Shown here: positions 28,490 through 40,400 of the stretch, in pieces
Position numbering within the stretch: the stretch's first letter is position 1
Layout of the letters: every line of letters starts with the position of its first letter
Source of the DNA: Defluviitaleaceae bacterium
Lineage (GTDB): Bacteria; Bacillota; Clostridia; Lachnospirales; WQUN01
Assembly (NCBI GenBank): GCA_009781725.1
Contig: WQVF01000005.1
Span: 4,845-68,844 of the forward strand
Length of the DNA stretch: 64,000 nt
Reading direction: 5' to 3'
Position numbers and translations under genes: made by a program
The notes under the pieces: generated by a model
Database searches by the model: none
Told to the model about the DNA's origin: nothing
What the model saw: the letters and a program-made list of their open reading frames with translations, nothing else

Positions 28490-31400
28490 CTACTCATCCA
28501 ACCCTTTACGCACCAGTAACATAGACGGCTTCCGCCACTTTTTCTTTACTATAACCATATAAGCAACAAGCCCGCCGGCGGCAATCATGGCAACCCCTAC
28601 AGATGCGAGGGCAATAATTCCGCCATGTTGACCCAAGCCTCCGGTCATTGGCAAGTTAAAATCTACCCGGTTACCTACAGCAAATACATACCCGGTTTCG
28701 CCGGTAAGGCGTATAAAATGAGGCGTACTTCTATCACCTTGTAACTCCCATGATATCGTCGTAAGCTCTATTACATGGTCGATAATATCCATTCTGATTC
28801 GCCATTGACCCAAAGGTGCCGAATAGTTAGGCGGCGGCACAATTTCTACAAGCTGATAGTATGTGTGATCTTGCCCGTCTGCCCTAAAGCTCAGATTAAT
28901 CACAATGGGATAATCCGGGTCGCCGGAGCTGGTGTGGTCTAAGCCTACCCTTACCCAGCCCGGAGCAGGCACTAGAGTATCCGTCGGGGTTCCTACTCCC
29001 GTATAACGGTATAGTCTAAAGATTGCGCCTTCAACAAGGATATCTTCTATTTGAGCAAGCTGTGTCGGCGAAGCCATCTCGAATAAGTCCTGTCCCGTCT
29101 TATGGAGATGCAAAGCAGCTCTCGGGGGTGCATTACCCACATGCCAGCGCAGCCGCTCCGCTTGTGATCCTTCGCAGTTGGGGGTACCATAGGTTTCCCT
29201 ATCAAGCTGTACAAAGAAGAATTCTGTATTAAGAGGACAAGTCGCAGGGGGGGGATTTACTATATACAGCAAGTCGTCCCATACACCAGGGGCACCTTCA
29301 AATGCCTCAAGTGCCATTTCCAAGTACCAATGTCCAGGAGGCAGCCGGTACCAAGGGCCGGGAGGTGGTGCTACTTCTCTAAGCCTAAAGTTCCCGGTAT
29401 GGAAAACAAACAACGCAATCCGTCCATTGGCCTGGCTTGTAGCAGTTGTGTACAGTTCCCATATATAATCGTTCGCATTATCGCACCACACTTCCATATC
29501 CAACTCAAACACAGCACCGCCACGGTTATTGATAGTGGCAGGGAAGGAGTAAACCTCCATATCGGTTTTATAGAAATACACCGGTCGTACATAGTTGATG
29601 TCATAGTTGTTGAGTGGGTGCAGGTGAAGGCTCAAATGCTCGTATGGATTGGTATCCCATAGTGCCCACTTGATATTGGTCAACAAATACGCATTATAAG
29701 GCTTATGGAAAGGCGCAATTGCAGTATTCTCATCAAAGCGCACCAATTCCGTGGTGACTATATTATCGAAGGCATTAAATACCTCGTTGGGGTCAGGAGG
29801 TGTTGGGAATAGGATATCGTGTGGTACATCCTCACCGGATAGAAGGTATCCGTAGTCTACCAGTTCTGTAAATATTGCCCCGCCCATTCGCTCGGCGTGG
29901 TTGTCATAGAATAGTACATCATCTGCGAATAGATGTGCACGGTACATCAGGTACACTGCACCGCCGTAAATGGCCCGATTTCCTAAGAGAGTGCCGCCGT
30001 ATGCATGGAACCTGGCTGTGTAGTACGTACCTGGGTTGAATACATATACCCCGCCTCCGAAAATCTCAGATGTGTTTTCCTGAATATATCCGTCATGCAT
30101 AAAGAACGCACCGTCTCGGTAAATATAGACACCACCACCGCTGGTATGAGAATGGTTTTGATAGAATCTGCCGCCGTGCATTGTAAGATGCCCCGGCCCT
30201 CTAAGGTGATGCCATGTGCCTGTATTGCCCCATGGTGTTGCATCGCCATGGATAAATACTCCGCCGCCCCTAGTTGCACTATTTCCATCAATCCTCCATT
30301 CTCCAAACATTTCCAATTCCTTGTATGAGAGGAAAATCCCGCCGCCATCTTCTTTAGCTTCATTACCCTCAAATACAACCGGTTGATTACGCTCATCTGT
30401 TTCCCAAATACCTACTTCATAGAAAACGCCACCACCGTGTCTGTCGGCAATATTGTGACTGATATGGATTTCGTTTGGCAAGTTTCCAAAGACAGGGTTT
30501 GCCATTGTGAAAATACCACTTTCTGTGATGAAAACACCGCCTCCATCCTTGTTATTGGGGAATGCGGGATGGTGTACCGCAGGGTCAATATGATCAAGTG
30601 AAGCATGGTTGCCGATTAGGTTACCGCCGCGCATAACAAATACCGCAGAATGCTCAACTCCTCCTATTGTCTGAGAGTGAGACAGATGCACACCGCCCCC
30701 ATGACGTCCTGTATTATAGGAAATAGTGCCGTCATGCATGAACAGTCGCCCTCCACAACATACTCTAATTGCGCCGCCTCCGCCATGGGTATTGCTCTCA
30801 AAGGGTGATTGAGTGCCTATGATTCCGGCGTAATTACCGGTGATGACGCCGCCGTACATGTTGACAACACCGGCCATCAGCCAGATACCCCCACCCCAGG
30901 ATGCATGATTGTTGCTTATTGTGCCGCCATGCATATTTAGAATTGGGGTTAATCCCATGGACGAGAACCCTATGCCCCCGCCACCGTTGGTTGCAAAATT
31001 TTCTGTGATGAGAACCCCATCGTACATATTGACTATGGATGTGCCTTCTAGTGACACACCGCCACCGGTACCAGTAGCACCACCGGTACCGACACGACGA
31101 TTATTTCTTATAATTGTGCCTGACAGCAAGTTTAGTACCGGACCAGCTCCAGATACACTTATCCCGCCGCGGGTTACCGCCACAGCGTCCCCGTTACCAT
31201 CCAGTGTAAGTGTACCTGTACCAATACCGCCTAAGGAGAGATTACCATTTGCAATAACGGTAAAATGGCGGGTTGAGGCACTTGCGGTGGTTATCCATGG
31301 TACCAAAGCGGGGGTATTGGGAGCACCCGGCAGTGGCATACGAATCACAATATGTTCATCATCTGCTGCCATAATCGATACCATGCGGTTGGTTATATTA

Positions 31401-34400
31401 ATATTGGAAGCCGTTGTTCCCCCTTGCAGGTGAATCGTAGTAATGGTTCTTCCCGCGTAAAAAGGGTCGGGATGAGGGTCTGTTATTACAAAGTTATAAG
31501 TCGTGCCCAATATATCTAGCCCTGGGGTCACCCCGGACCAAGACGGATGGATAATAATATTCGGTATTGTTGTTGTACTAATCAATCTATCCAACCGTGC
31601 CCAGTCAGCACTTAGGAAGAAAAAGTTAATATCTAAGTTGTTGAGCGCATGGCTAAACCCGCCGGAGCTTGGCGTGTATTCAACATGCGTATGTGATGCC
31701 GCATTTGGAGGAGGAACGGCGGCCCCGTTTGCGGTATTACCACTAAAGACTGCGTTACCCGAAACCGTCAACTGCGGAAAATGCGGTACACCTGCATCCG
31801 GTAATGGGTTTTGGTAGGTATGCATTGAGGCAAAGATACCGCCGCCATTACCTGCGGAATGGTTATTGATTATTGAGCCGCTTTCGAAGGTAAAATGGCT
31901 GAGAGTATTGGCAGCACCGGCAATAAATACACCTCCGCCGCCTTGAGTCGCGGCGGTACCTGTAGCAAAGTTTCCGCTGATAGTCCCGCCATCCAATGTA
32001 AATGTAGCACCATTAATGCTCAATTCTACACCACCGCCACTTATAGCGCGGCCACCCTGTATTACCCCGCCTTGCGACAGTTCAAGGTTACCACCAGCGT
32101 TGTTTACAGTTACTCCTCCCCGGTTACCCTCACGTGTACCAGCATTACCATTAAGGGTAAGGGTTCCGGAAGTCGGGCCGCCACCAAGTATAAGATTACC
32201 TCCATTGCCTACATGGAAATGCCTCCCGATATTTGCTCCACCTACCGGTGTTGCAGCGGCTGTCATATCCAACACAATGTTAGCACCGGGAGCAGCTTCT
32301 ATTATTACCGGGCGCAATACATTAATCCTATGAGGATCTGTTGCCGAGACGCCCACATTAACAATAGGCACCGTGGTAATAGTACTACCATTACCTGGAT
32401 CGGTTATTATAAAGTTATAGGTAATGCCATCCGGTGCCAAGCCGGAATCTACGCCGGGGACACCTGTGGGATGGATAATAATCCGCCCTGGGTTAGGCAA
32501 GTTGGATGTATCAATTAGAACATTGAGCCTATTCCAGTCATTGGGCAGAAAGTTTATGTCTAAGTTATTAAGAGGATGCGAAAATCCGCCAGAAGCCGGC
32601 ACCGCGCCAGATATCTGTGTAACAGCTGCCGCATTGGGAGGAGGCGCAAAGCCGCCGTTACCTGCGGAGTTATTGTTAAATGCCGCAGGAGGTTGAATAT
32701 TAAGCTGTGGAAAGTGCGCTCCAGTGGGTAATGGAGAACCATATGTGAAGGCTGCCGTAAACACACCGCCACCATCTGCCGCGGCATGGTTATCACGTAT
32801 CATACCGCCAGTGAAATTGAAGTTTATGTCACCGCCGACTACCAGATGCACCCCACCCCCTGCTCCGGTTACGATGTTATTATTAATAGTACCGCCGTTC
32901 ATATTAAACTGGCCACCATTGACTGTAATAGCTACACCGCCGCCGGTACCAGCGTTATTATGCGAAATATAACCGCCAGACATATTCAAGTGGGCGTTGG
33001 CTGCAGTAAGAGCCACACCGCCGCCGCTTGTAGCGGCATAGTTATCAGTAATTCTACCACCTGACATAGTTACCGTTCCGGCAAGACCGGCAGCACCCAA
33101 TACACTAACACCGCCGCCGTTAGCCATACGGCCATTGGTAATGGCACCACGGTTTTGTAATACCAGGGTACCCCCTGCATTAACCCCTACACCGCCTCTA
33201 TTTCCTGTTGTGAGATCCGCATTGCCGTCCAGGATTAGACTGCCAGTACCGGAACCGCCACCAATCGTCAGGGTATGGCCTTCTAGGACTATAAAATGCC
33301 TGTTTAATGTCGCAGTGGTTGTCAGCCACGGAGCTTCGTTGGGGGTGTTAGGGGCACCTGATACAGGCATCCTAAGCACTATTTCGGTATTTGGTGCGGC
33401 CTGCACGTTAACCGAACGTAGCACATTAATATTATGATTGACCACCATCCCATCCAAGGGAACAGTTGTAATAGTGTATCCATCACCAGGGTCGGTGATG
33501 TTAAAATTATAGGTTGTGCCTTGCAGACCAGGGCTTAAGCTCGGTGCATGTGTTGGGAAGATAACAATAGTTGTAGCAGTCGTGCCGTTCATTACACTGC
33601 TTAACCTAAACCAATCCGCTTCTATAGATTGGAAGTTGATGTCAAGGTTATTGAGGGGATGGGCATAGCCACCAGAAACCTGGTTGGTTTCCTCAATTTG
33701 GGTTGCGGCCACCGCATTGAATGGCGGGGTAAAGCTGCCACTATTGGCGGTATTGCCGTAGAAGTTAGCTGCCCCTTCAATGGTCAACTGAGGATACGCT
33801 CCCATAGGCAAAGGATTGGCAAGAGTAAACATTGATGTAAAAATACCGCCGCCATGTGTGTTGGAATGGTTGCCAACGATATGACCGCCGCTCATATTAA
33901 ATTGATTACCAATTCCCGTGTTTATAAATATGCCGCCACCACCGTTGCCTACTACGGTGCTATTGGATTTATTGCCTTGATCTGGGGCCAAGCTCCCTAT
34001 TCTACCGCCTGTCATCGAAAGGATGGTGGAGGCTCCTAGTATTGCTATACCTCCGCCTCTGGTTGTGGCCGTATTGTCATAGATATACCCCCCAGAGATT
34101 GTGTGGGGGAAACCGACTACGGTGCTACCGTGGAGGAGTACCCCACCGCCATTGTTGGCTGTGTTGCTAGAGACAATACCACCGGTCATATTGAGGCGGG
34201 AGTTGGTTGCACCATTGGTAAAGGCCACACCACCGCCACCGCCGTCAACATTAGTGCTGGTAGAAGTATTGCCGGTTATGCTGCCTTCGTTCAAATTGAA
34301 ATGCGAATTGGTTGCGCTAAGTGCCACACCACCACCGCTGTTGGCAACACCTGTACCGTTAGTGAAATTATTTGTAATGCTACCGCCGTGCATTGTAAAA

Positions 34401-37400
34401 GTAGCTGGATGAGTGGCATTACCAGCTATCTGAACCCCACCACCAGTCGCAGCACGATTGTTGAATATTCTCCCACCTTCGTTAAGTGTAAGGCTTGCGG
34501 GGCCTGCCGCAGCAGCAGTTACCGAAATACCGCCTCTGTTTATGTTTGTTGCCACCAGATTGGCATTACCATCAAGAGTGAGTAATCCAGAGCCTAGGCC
34601 TCCGCCTACTGTAAGGTGTCCACCTGCTGCCACAGTAAAATGTCTAGCTAGGGCTGTCTGGATAGTAGCCCAAGGTGGAATATCTGGTGTGTTGGTAGCA
34701 CTAGCTGTCGGCATTCTCACAATAATATCGGCACCAGGAGCCGCTTGAATTGTCACGGTGCGATTCGCAGGTACGTTGATATTATGAGCAGTTACTGTAG
34801 CTGTAAGTGGAATCGTAGTGATTACCCTACCTTCGCCATACGGACATGGGTCGGAGATTATCAAGTTATAAACAGAACCATCAATACCTTCATTTACACC
34901 TGTTGTTCCCGTTGGGTGAATGATTACGGTATCTACGGTAGTGCTGTTTACGACTGCGTTTAATATAGTCCAGTCCGCGATAATAAGACCGCCCGCCGGG
35001 AAGTTGATATCCAGGTTATTTATCGGATGCCAATGTGTGCCGGAGCTTGATGCCGTTATAGCAACATTGGTTGAAAGATGGGCGTTGCCTGGTGGATTAA
35101 ACCCGCCTTGGCCGGAAGTATTGCCGTTAAATGATGCATCTTCATGAATATTAAGCTGCGGGAATGACCCCGGCGCAATATACAACCCAAATGCATACGT
35201 TCGGGTATGGATACCGCCGCCGTGGGATACGGCGTGATTATTGTGAATGGATCCATTTTCCATAGTGAAGTTGCTGTTTGCGCCAGCTATAAGGAATACA
35301 CCGCCGCCGCCAACAGTTGCCAGTGTACCGTTTGCAGTGTTGCCTGAAATACTACCATTTTCCATGGTAAACCTTGCGCCATTGGTAATAAGTGCGACAC
35401 CCCCACCACTGGAGGCTGCAATATTGCCGGCTATACTACCGCTTTCCATAGTAAAGAGACCGGTATTATTAATCGCTACACCGGCACCACCAGCAGTGGC
35501 GGCAGTACCGTTAGCAAAGTTGCCGGAGATGCTGGTGGTAGCACCTGACATATTTAACAAAGCATTGGCACCAGCAAGCATCACACCGCCTCCGCTTGTA
35601 TTAGCAGTGTTGCCAGTGATACTACCGCCGGAAAAATTATGGGGATTGTTTGCAAGATGTACATTGAGCAATACACCTCCGCCAATGTTGCCTGTGTTAC
35701 CGGAGATAGTGCCGTTGGTCATATTAAAACGGCCACCTGCGGCAGTGAAGGCTACCCCACCACCACCTGCCGTTGTTGCCGTCCCATTGGCGAAATTACC
35801 AGAAATGACACTGGACTCTGACATATTAAGCTGACCATTGCTAGTAAAGGCAACTCCTCCACCACTGGTGTTGGCAGTATTACCAATGATATTACCGCCA
35901 GAGAGATTGAGCGTTCCCCCCGCTGTAATCGCAATGCCACCGCCATTTGTGTTGGAATGATTGTTGTCGCCTGTTACCAGACTGCCAATGGTACCACCAG
36001 ACATATTAAGCGTAGTGACACCCGCTACCGCAACACCGCCGCCGTTATTGTTTGCGTGGTTGTCATAGATATATCCACCAGAAAAGATATGAGGATAATC
36101 AACATGGTTGGGATGGAGCAATACACCACCGCCATGACCAGCCGCAAAGTTATTTCGGATTCTGCCACCGGTCATTGTAAAACGAGAGTTGGTTGCAGAT
36201 GATGTAAGTGCCACACCGCCACCGCCTGGTAGGGTACCGCTGCTGGCTGTGGCATGATTATTTTCAATAATACCGCCAGACATAGTGAAATGAGTATTGG
36301 TAGAGTGAAGAGCGACCCCACCGCCACTGTTGGCAACCGCAGTACCGGTAGTGAAGTTGTTGGTAATGCTGCCACCAGTCATGGTAAAAGTACCAGGATG
36401 GGCTGCGACAGCATTGACTTGAACTCCGCCGCCGGTTGCTGCACGGTTATTGTGTATTATACCGCCTTCTCTTAGCGTAAGGCTCGCAGGTCCTGCAGCT
36501 GTCGCCGCAACCGAAATACCGCCCCTAATAATGGTGCCTCCTACAAGGCTGGCATTGCCGTCCAAGGTGAGATTACCTGAGCCAGGGCCACCGCCTATTG
36601 TCAGATGCCCGTTGGCTAGAACGGTAAAGTGCCTAACCAAAGTTGTCTGAGTAGTTGCCCAGGGAGGAATATTCGGGGTATTGGAAGCACCCGCTGTCGG
36701 CATTCTGATAATAATGTTAGAGCCGGGAGCCGCTTCGATCGCCACAGTACGGTTAGCAGGGATATTGATATTGTGAGCAGTAGTTGTCCCCGTTACGGGA
36801 ACCGTTGTGATTACTCTGCCGTCGCCGTATGGGCAGGGGTCAGAGATTACCAAGTTGAAGGTCGTACCGGATATACCATGGGTTACGCCAAGGGCACCTG
36901 TCGGGTGTATAACGATGGTATCTATAGTTGATGTAGAAATTATGCTGTTTATTAATAACCAATCAGAGGCAACTCTTGAGAAGTTGATATCTAGATTGTT
37001 AAGAGCATGAGGATGCCCTCCTGAACGTGACATAGTTACAGCAATATTTGTGGCATCCACGGCATTATATGGTGGAGCAAAATTCCCGCCCCCTGCTGTA
37101 TTGCCCGAAAATGACGCCGCAGGGTAAACATTAAGCTGAGGATATGCGCCCACTGGTAAAATGGGCGAATGAGTAAAGGTCGATGTAAAGATACCGCCGC
37201 CGTTCATTACGGCGGTATTATTATGAATAGTTCCGTTTTCAAATGTAAAATTACTACCGGCACCCACCGCAAGAAATACGCCACCGCCACCGTTGGCCGC
37301 TGCTGTACCGTTGGCAAAGTTGCCGGAAATATTACCGTTTTCCATGGCAAGCCTTGTATTATCTACATTAAGAGCCACGCCGCCACCGCTGGTATTGGCT

Positions 37401-40400
37401 GTATTCCCTGTAATATTACCGGCAGTCATTAGATGGTTAACACCTGCAGCATTCGAGTGAAGGAGTACACCGCCACCAATATTACCGGTATTGCCGGAGA
37501 TAGTACCACCTTCCATTACAAAGCGACCGCTCGCTGCAGTAAATGCTACACCGCCACCACCTGCGGTTGTTGCAGTGCCAAGCGCAATGTTACCGGAAAT
37601 AATTGCAGTATTGTTCATATTGAAAAACCCGGCACCAAGGAACGCAACTCCGCCACCGCTAACAGTTGCGGTGTTACCAATAATACTACCCGTACCGGAT
37701 ATATTTAATATACCGTTTGCGGTAACGGATACCCCACCACCATTTTGATTGGCATGGTTATTAAGTCCTATAGTAGCACTGCCTATGGTGCCGCCGAACA
37801 TATTGAGTGTAGTAGCACCCATAACCGAAATACCGCCACCGTTGTTATTTGCATGATTGTCATAGATGTAACCCCCGGAAATTATGTGGGGATATAGAGC
37901 TGGGTTGGGGTGGAGCATTATCCCCCCGCCGTTATGACCGGTATTGTTAACGATTCTGCCGCCTGTCATGGTAAAACGAGCAGGGTTAGCTGCCGTGACA
38001 GTAGAGGTAAGTGCAACACCTCCACCACCAGAGGTAGCTGCGGCAGTACCTGTTGCAATGTTGTCGGAAATAACTCCACCCGACATTACAAAATTAGAAT
38101 TAACGGAATGCAATGCCACGCCGCCGCCGCTGTTGGCGGCAGCTGTACCTACGGTAGTGTTGTGAGTAATGCTACCACCTGTCATGTGAAAAGTACCAGG
38201 TTGCGCTGCAACAGCGGTTACTATAACCCCACCACCGGTTGCAGCACGACTGTTTGTTATATGGCCGCCTTGTGCAAGCGTAAGTGTAGAGGGACCGGCA
38301 GCAGTAGCGGCAACCGATATCCCACCCCGGATATCCGTACCAGAAGTCGGCGGAGCTGTCCCACCATCAAGACGGAGATTGCCGGAGCCTGCTCCGCCGA
38401 TAGTAAGATTACCGTTTACACCCACAACAAAGTGCCGTCCCAGGTTTACCGGCGTGGTTGCAGTCATGGCAAGTATAATATTTGCACCGGGGGCCGCCTG
38501 TATTGTTACAGTTCTCAGTACATTGATGCCGTGCACTGTTCCAACGACTGGTACCGTGGTGATTGTATTACCGTCACCGAGGTCAGAAATAACCAAGTTA
38601 AAGGTCGTGCCAGATATCCCGTGGGTTATACCTAGAGCACCTGTCGGATGTATAACTATGTTCTCTATAGTCGAGCTATTTATCAAGCTGTTTATTAATG
38701 CCCAATCCGAAACAACCCTTGAGAAATTGATATCCAAGTTGTTAAGAGCATGGGGATGCCCTCCCGAACGAGATGCGGTTATTGCGATATTGGTAGCATC
38801 CACGGCATTATATGGTGGGGCAAAACTTCCACCCCCTGCTATGTTGCCCATAAAGGATGCCGCTGGATAAATATTAAGCTGGGGATACGAGCCTGCCGGT
38901 AAAATGACTAAGCTAGAAGAGGGGGTAGTAAAGATACCGCCACCATTCATAACGGCGGCATTATCATGGATAGCTCCGCCTTCAAAGGTAAAATTACTGC
39001 CTGCACCAGCCACCAGGAATACGCCACCACCGCCATTTGCGGCTGCTGTACCGTTGGCAAAGTTGCCAGATATATTACCACTTTCCATAGTAAGTCTTGA
39101 ATTGTTGGCATTGAGAGCTACACCGCCGCCGTTGGTAGAGGCTGTGTTACCGATTATGTTACCACCAGATATTATGTGAGGATTATCCGCCGGACTTGCA
39201 TTGAGTAATACACCCCCACCGATGGTAGCTGTGTTACCAATAATAGTACCACTGGTCATATTAAAACGAGAGTTGGCAGCAGAAAAAGCTACACCGCCAC
39301 CATTGACGTTTGCGTGGTTATTATCACCAGGAACGGCACTGCCAATGGTGCCGCCGCTCATATTGAGAGTAGTGGCGCCCATAACATTTATCCCGCCGCC
39401 GCTTCCGTTGGCATGGTTATCGTAGATATAACCTCCGGAGATACTATGAGGAAGATTGACAGGATGAGGATGTAGAAGAACCCCACCGCCATGCAGAGCG
39501 GTGTTATCGGAAATAAAGCCGCCGGTCATAATGAACCGTGCGCCGGCAGCAGTAAGTGCAATACCACCTCCACCGCCTGATGCGTTGGTGCTGCTGGCTG
39601 TGTTGCCGGCAATTCTGCCTCCAGACATGGTGAAGTGGGAATTGGTAGCATTAAGTGCTACACCGCCGCCGCTATTGGCAGCCCCGGTACCCGTTGTGAC
39701 GTTGTCCATGATGCTGCCGCCGGTCATGGCAAGATTAGCGGCATTGGCGGCAGAACCAGTTACCTGAACCCCTCCGCCGGTTGCGGCACGATTGTTATGG
39801 ATATGCCCACCGGCAGCAAGGGTTAGAGCACCACCGGCGGCAACAGAGACACCGCCGCGGATTATTGTCGCCGCCACTTCGTTTGCATTGCCGTTAAGGA
39901 CAAGATTGCCCGTGCCGGGCCCGCCGCCTATGGTGAGGTTACCGCCGTTGGCTACATTAAAATGCCTGACCAAAGTCGGAAGGGTTGTTATCCATGGGAA
40001 TTGATTTGGTGTATTAGGGGCACCCGGTGCCGGCATACGAATGGTTATGTTTGCACCGAGAGCAGCTTCAATTGTTACGTTGCGGCCTGCAGGTACAGTT
40101 ATCATGTGGGCATTGCTGTCCGCTGCCCCGTTGGCAAATGCCAATGTAGTTATGGTAGATCCGTTGCCAGGGTCTGTGATTACCAAATGATAATCCGTAC
40201 CATCTAATCCAGGGGTCACTCCCAGAGCACCTGTCGGATGAATGATAATCCTGTCAGGTGTCGGCTGTGTTGCGGTGCCTATTAAATTATTGAGCCTGAC
40301 CCAGTCCCCTGGGACGAAGTTTATATCCAGATTATTAAGGGGATGAGAACGCCCGTCCGAGATTTGGTTTGTTACTGATATATTGGTGTATGTTGTTGCG

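Noticed and set aside
37910-38635. Long + strand ORFs antisense to the giant genes and pur genes, for example 37910-38635 (241 aa), 46440-47138 (232 aa), 35247-35834, 31895-32518, 48399-49016, 19224-19859 and 18113-18799.
   Set aside because: They lie entirely inside well-supported minus-strand genes and have no RBS. Their compositions (Pro/Thr/Ala/Cys-rich) are what you get by reading Gly/Ala/Thr/Asn-rich repeat codons backwards. They are shadow ORFs.
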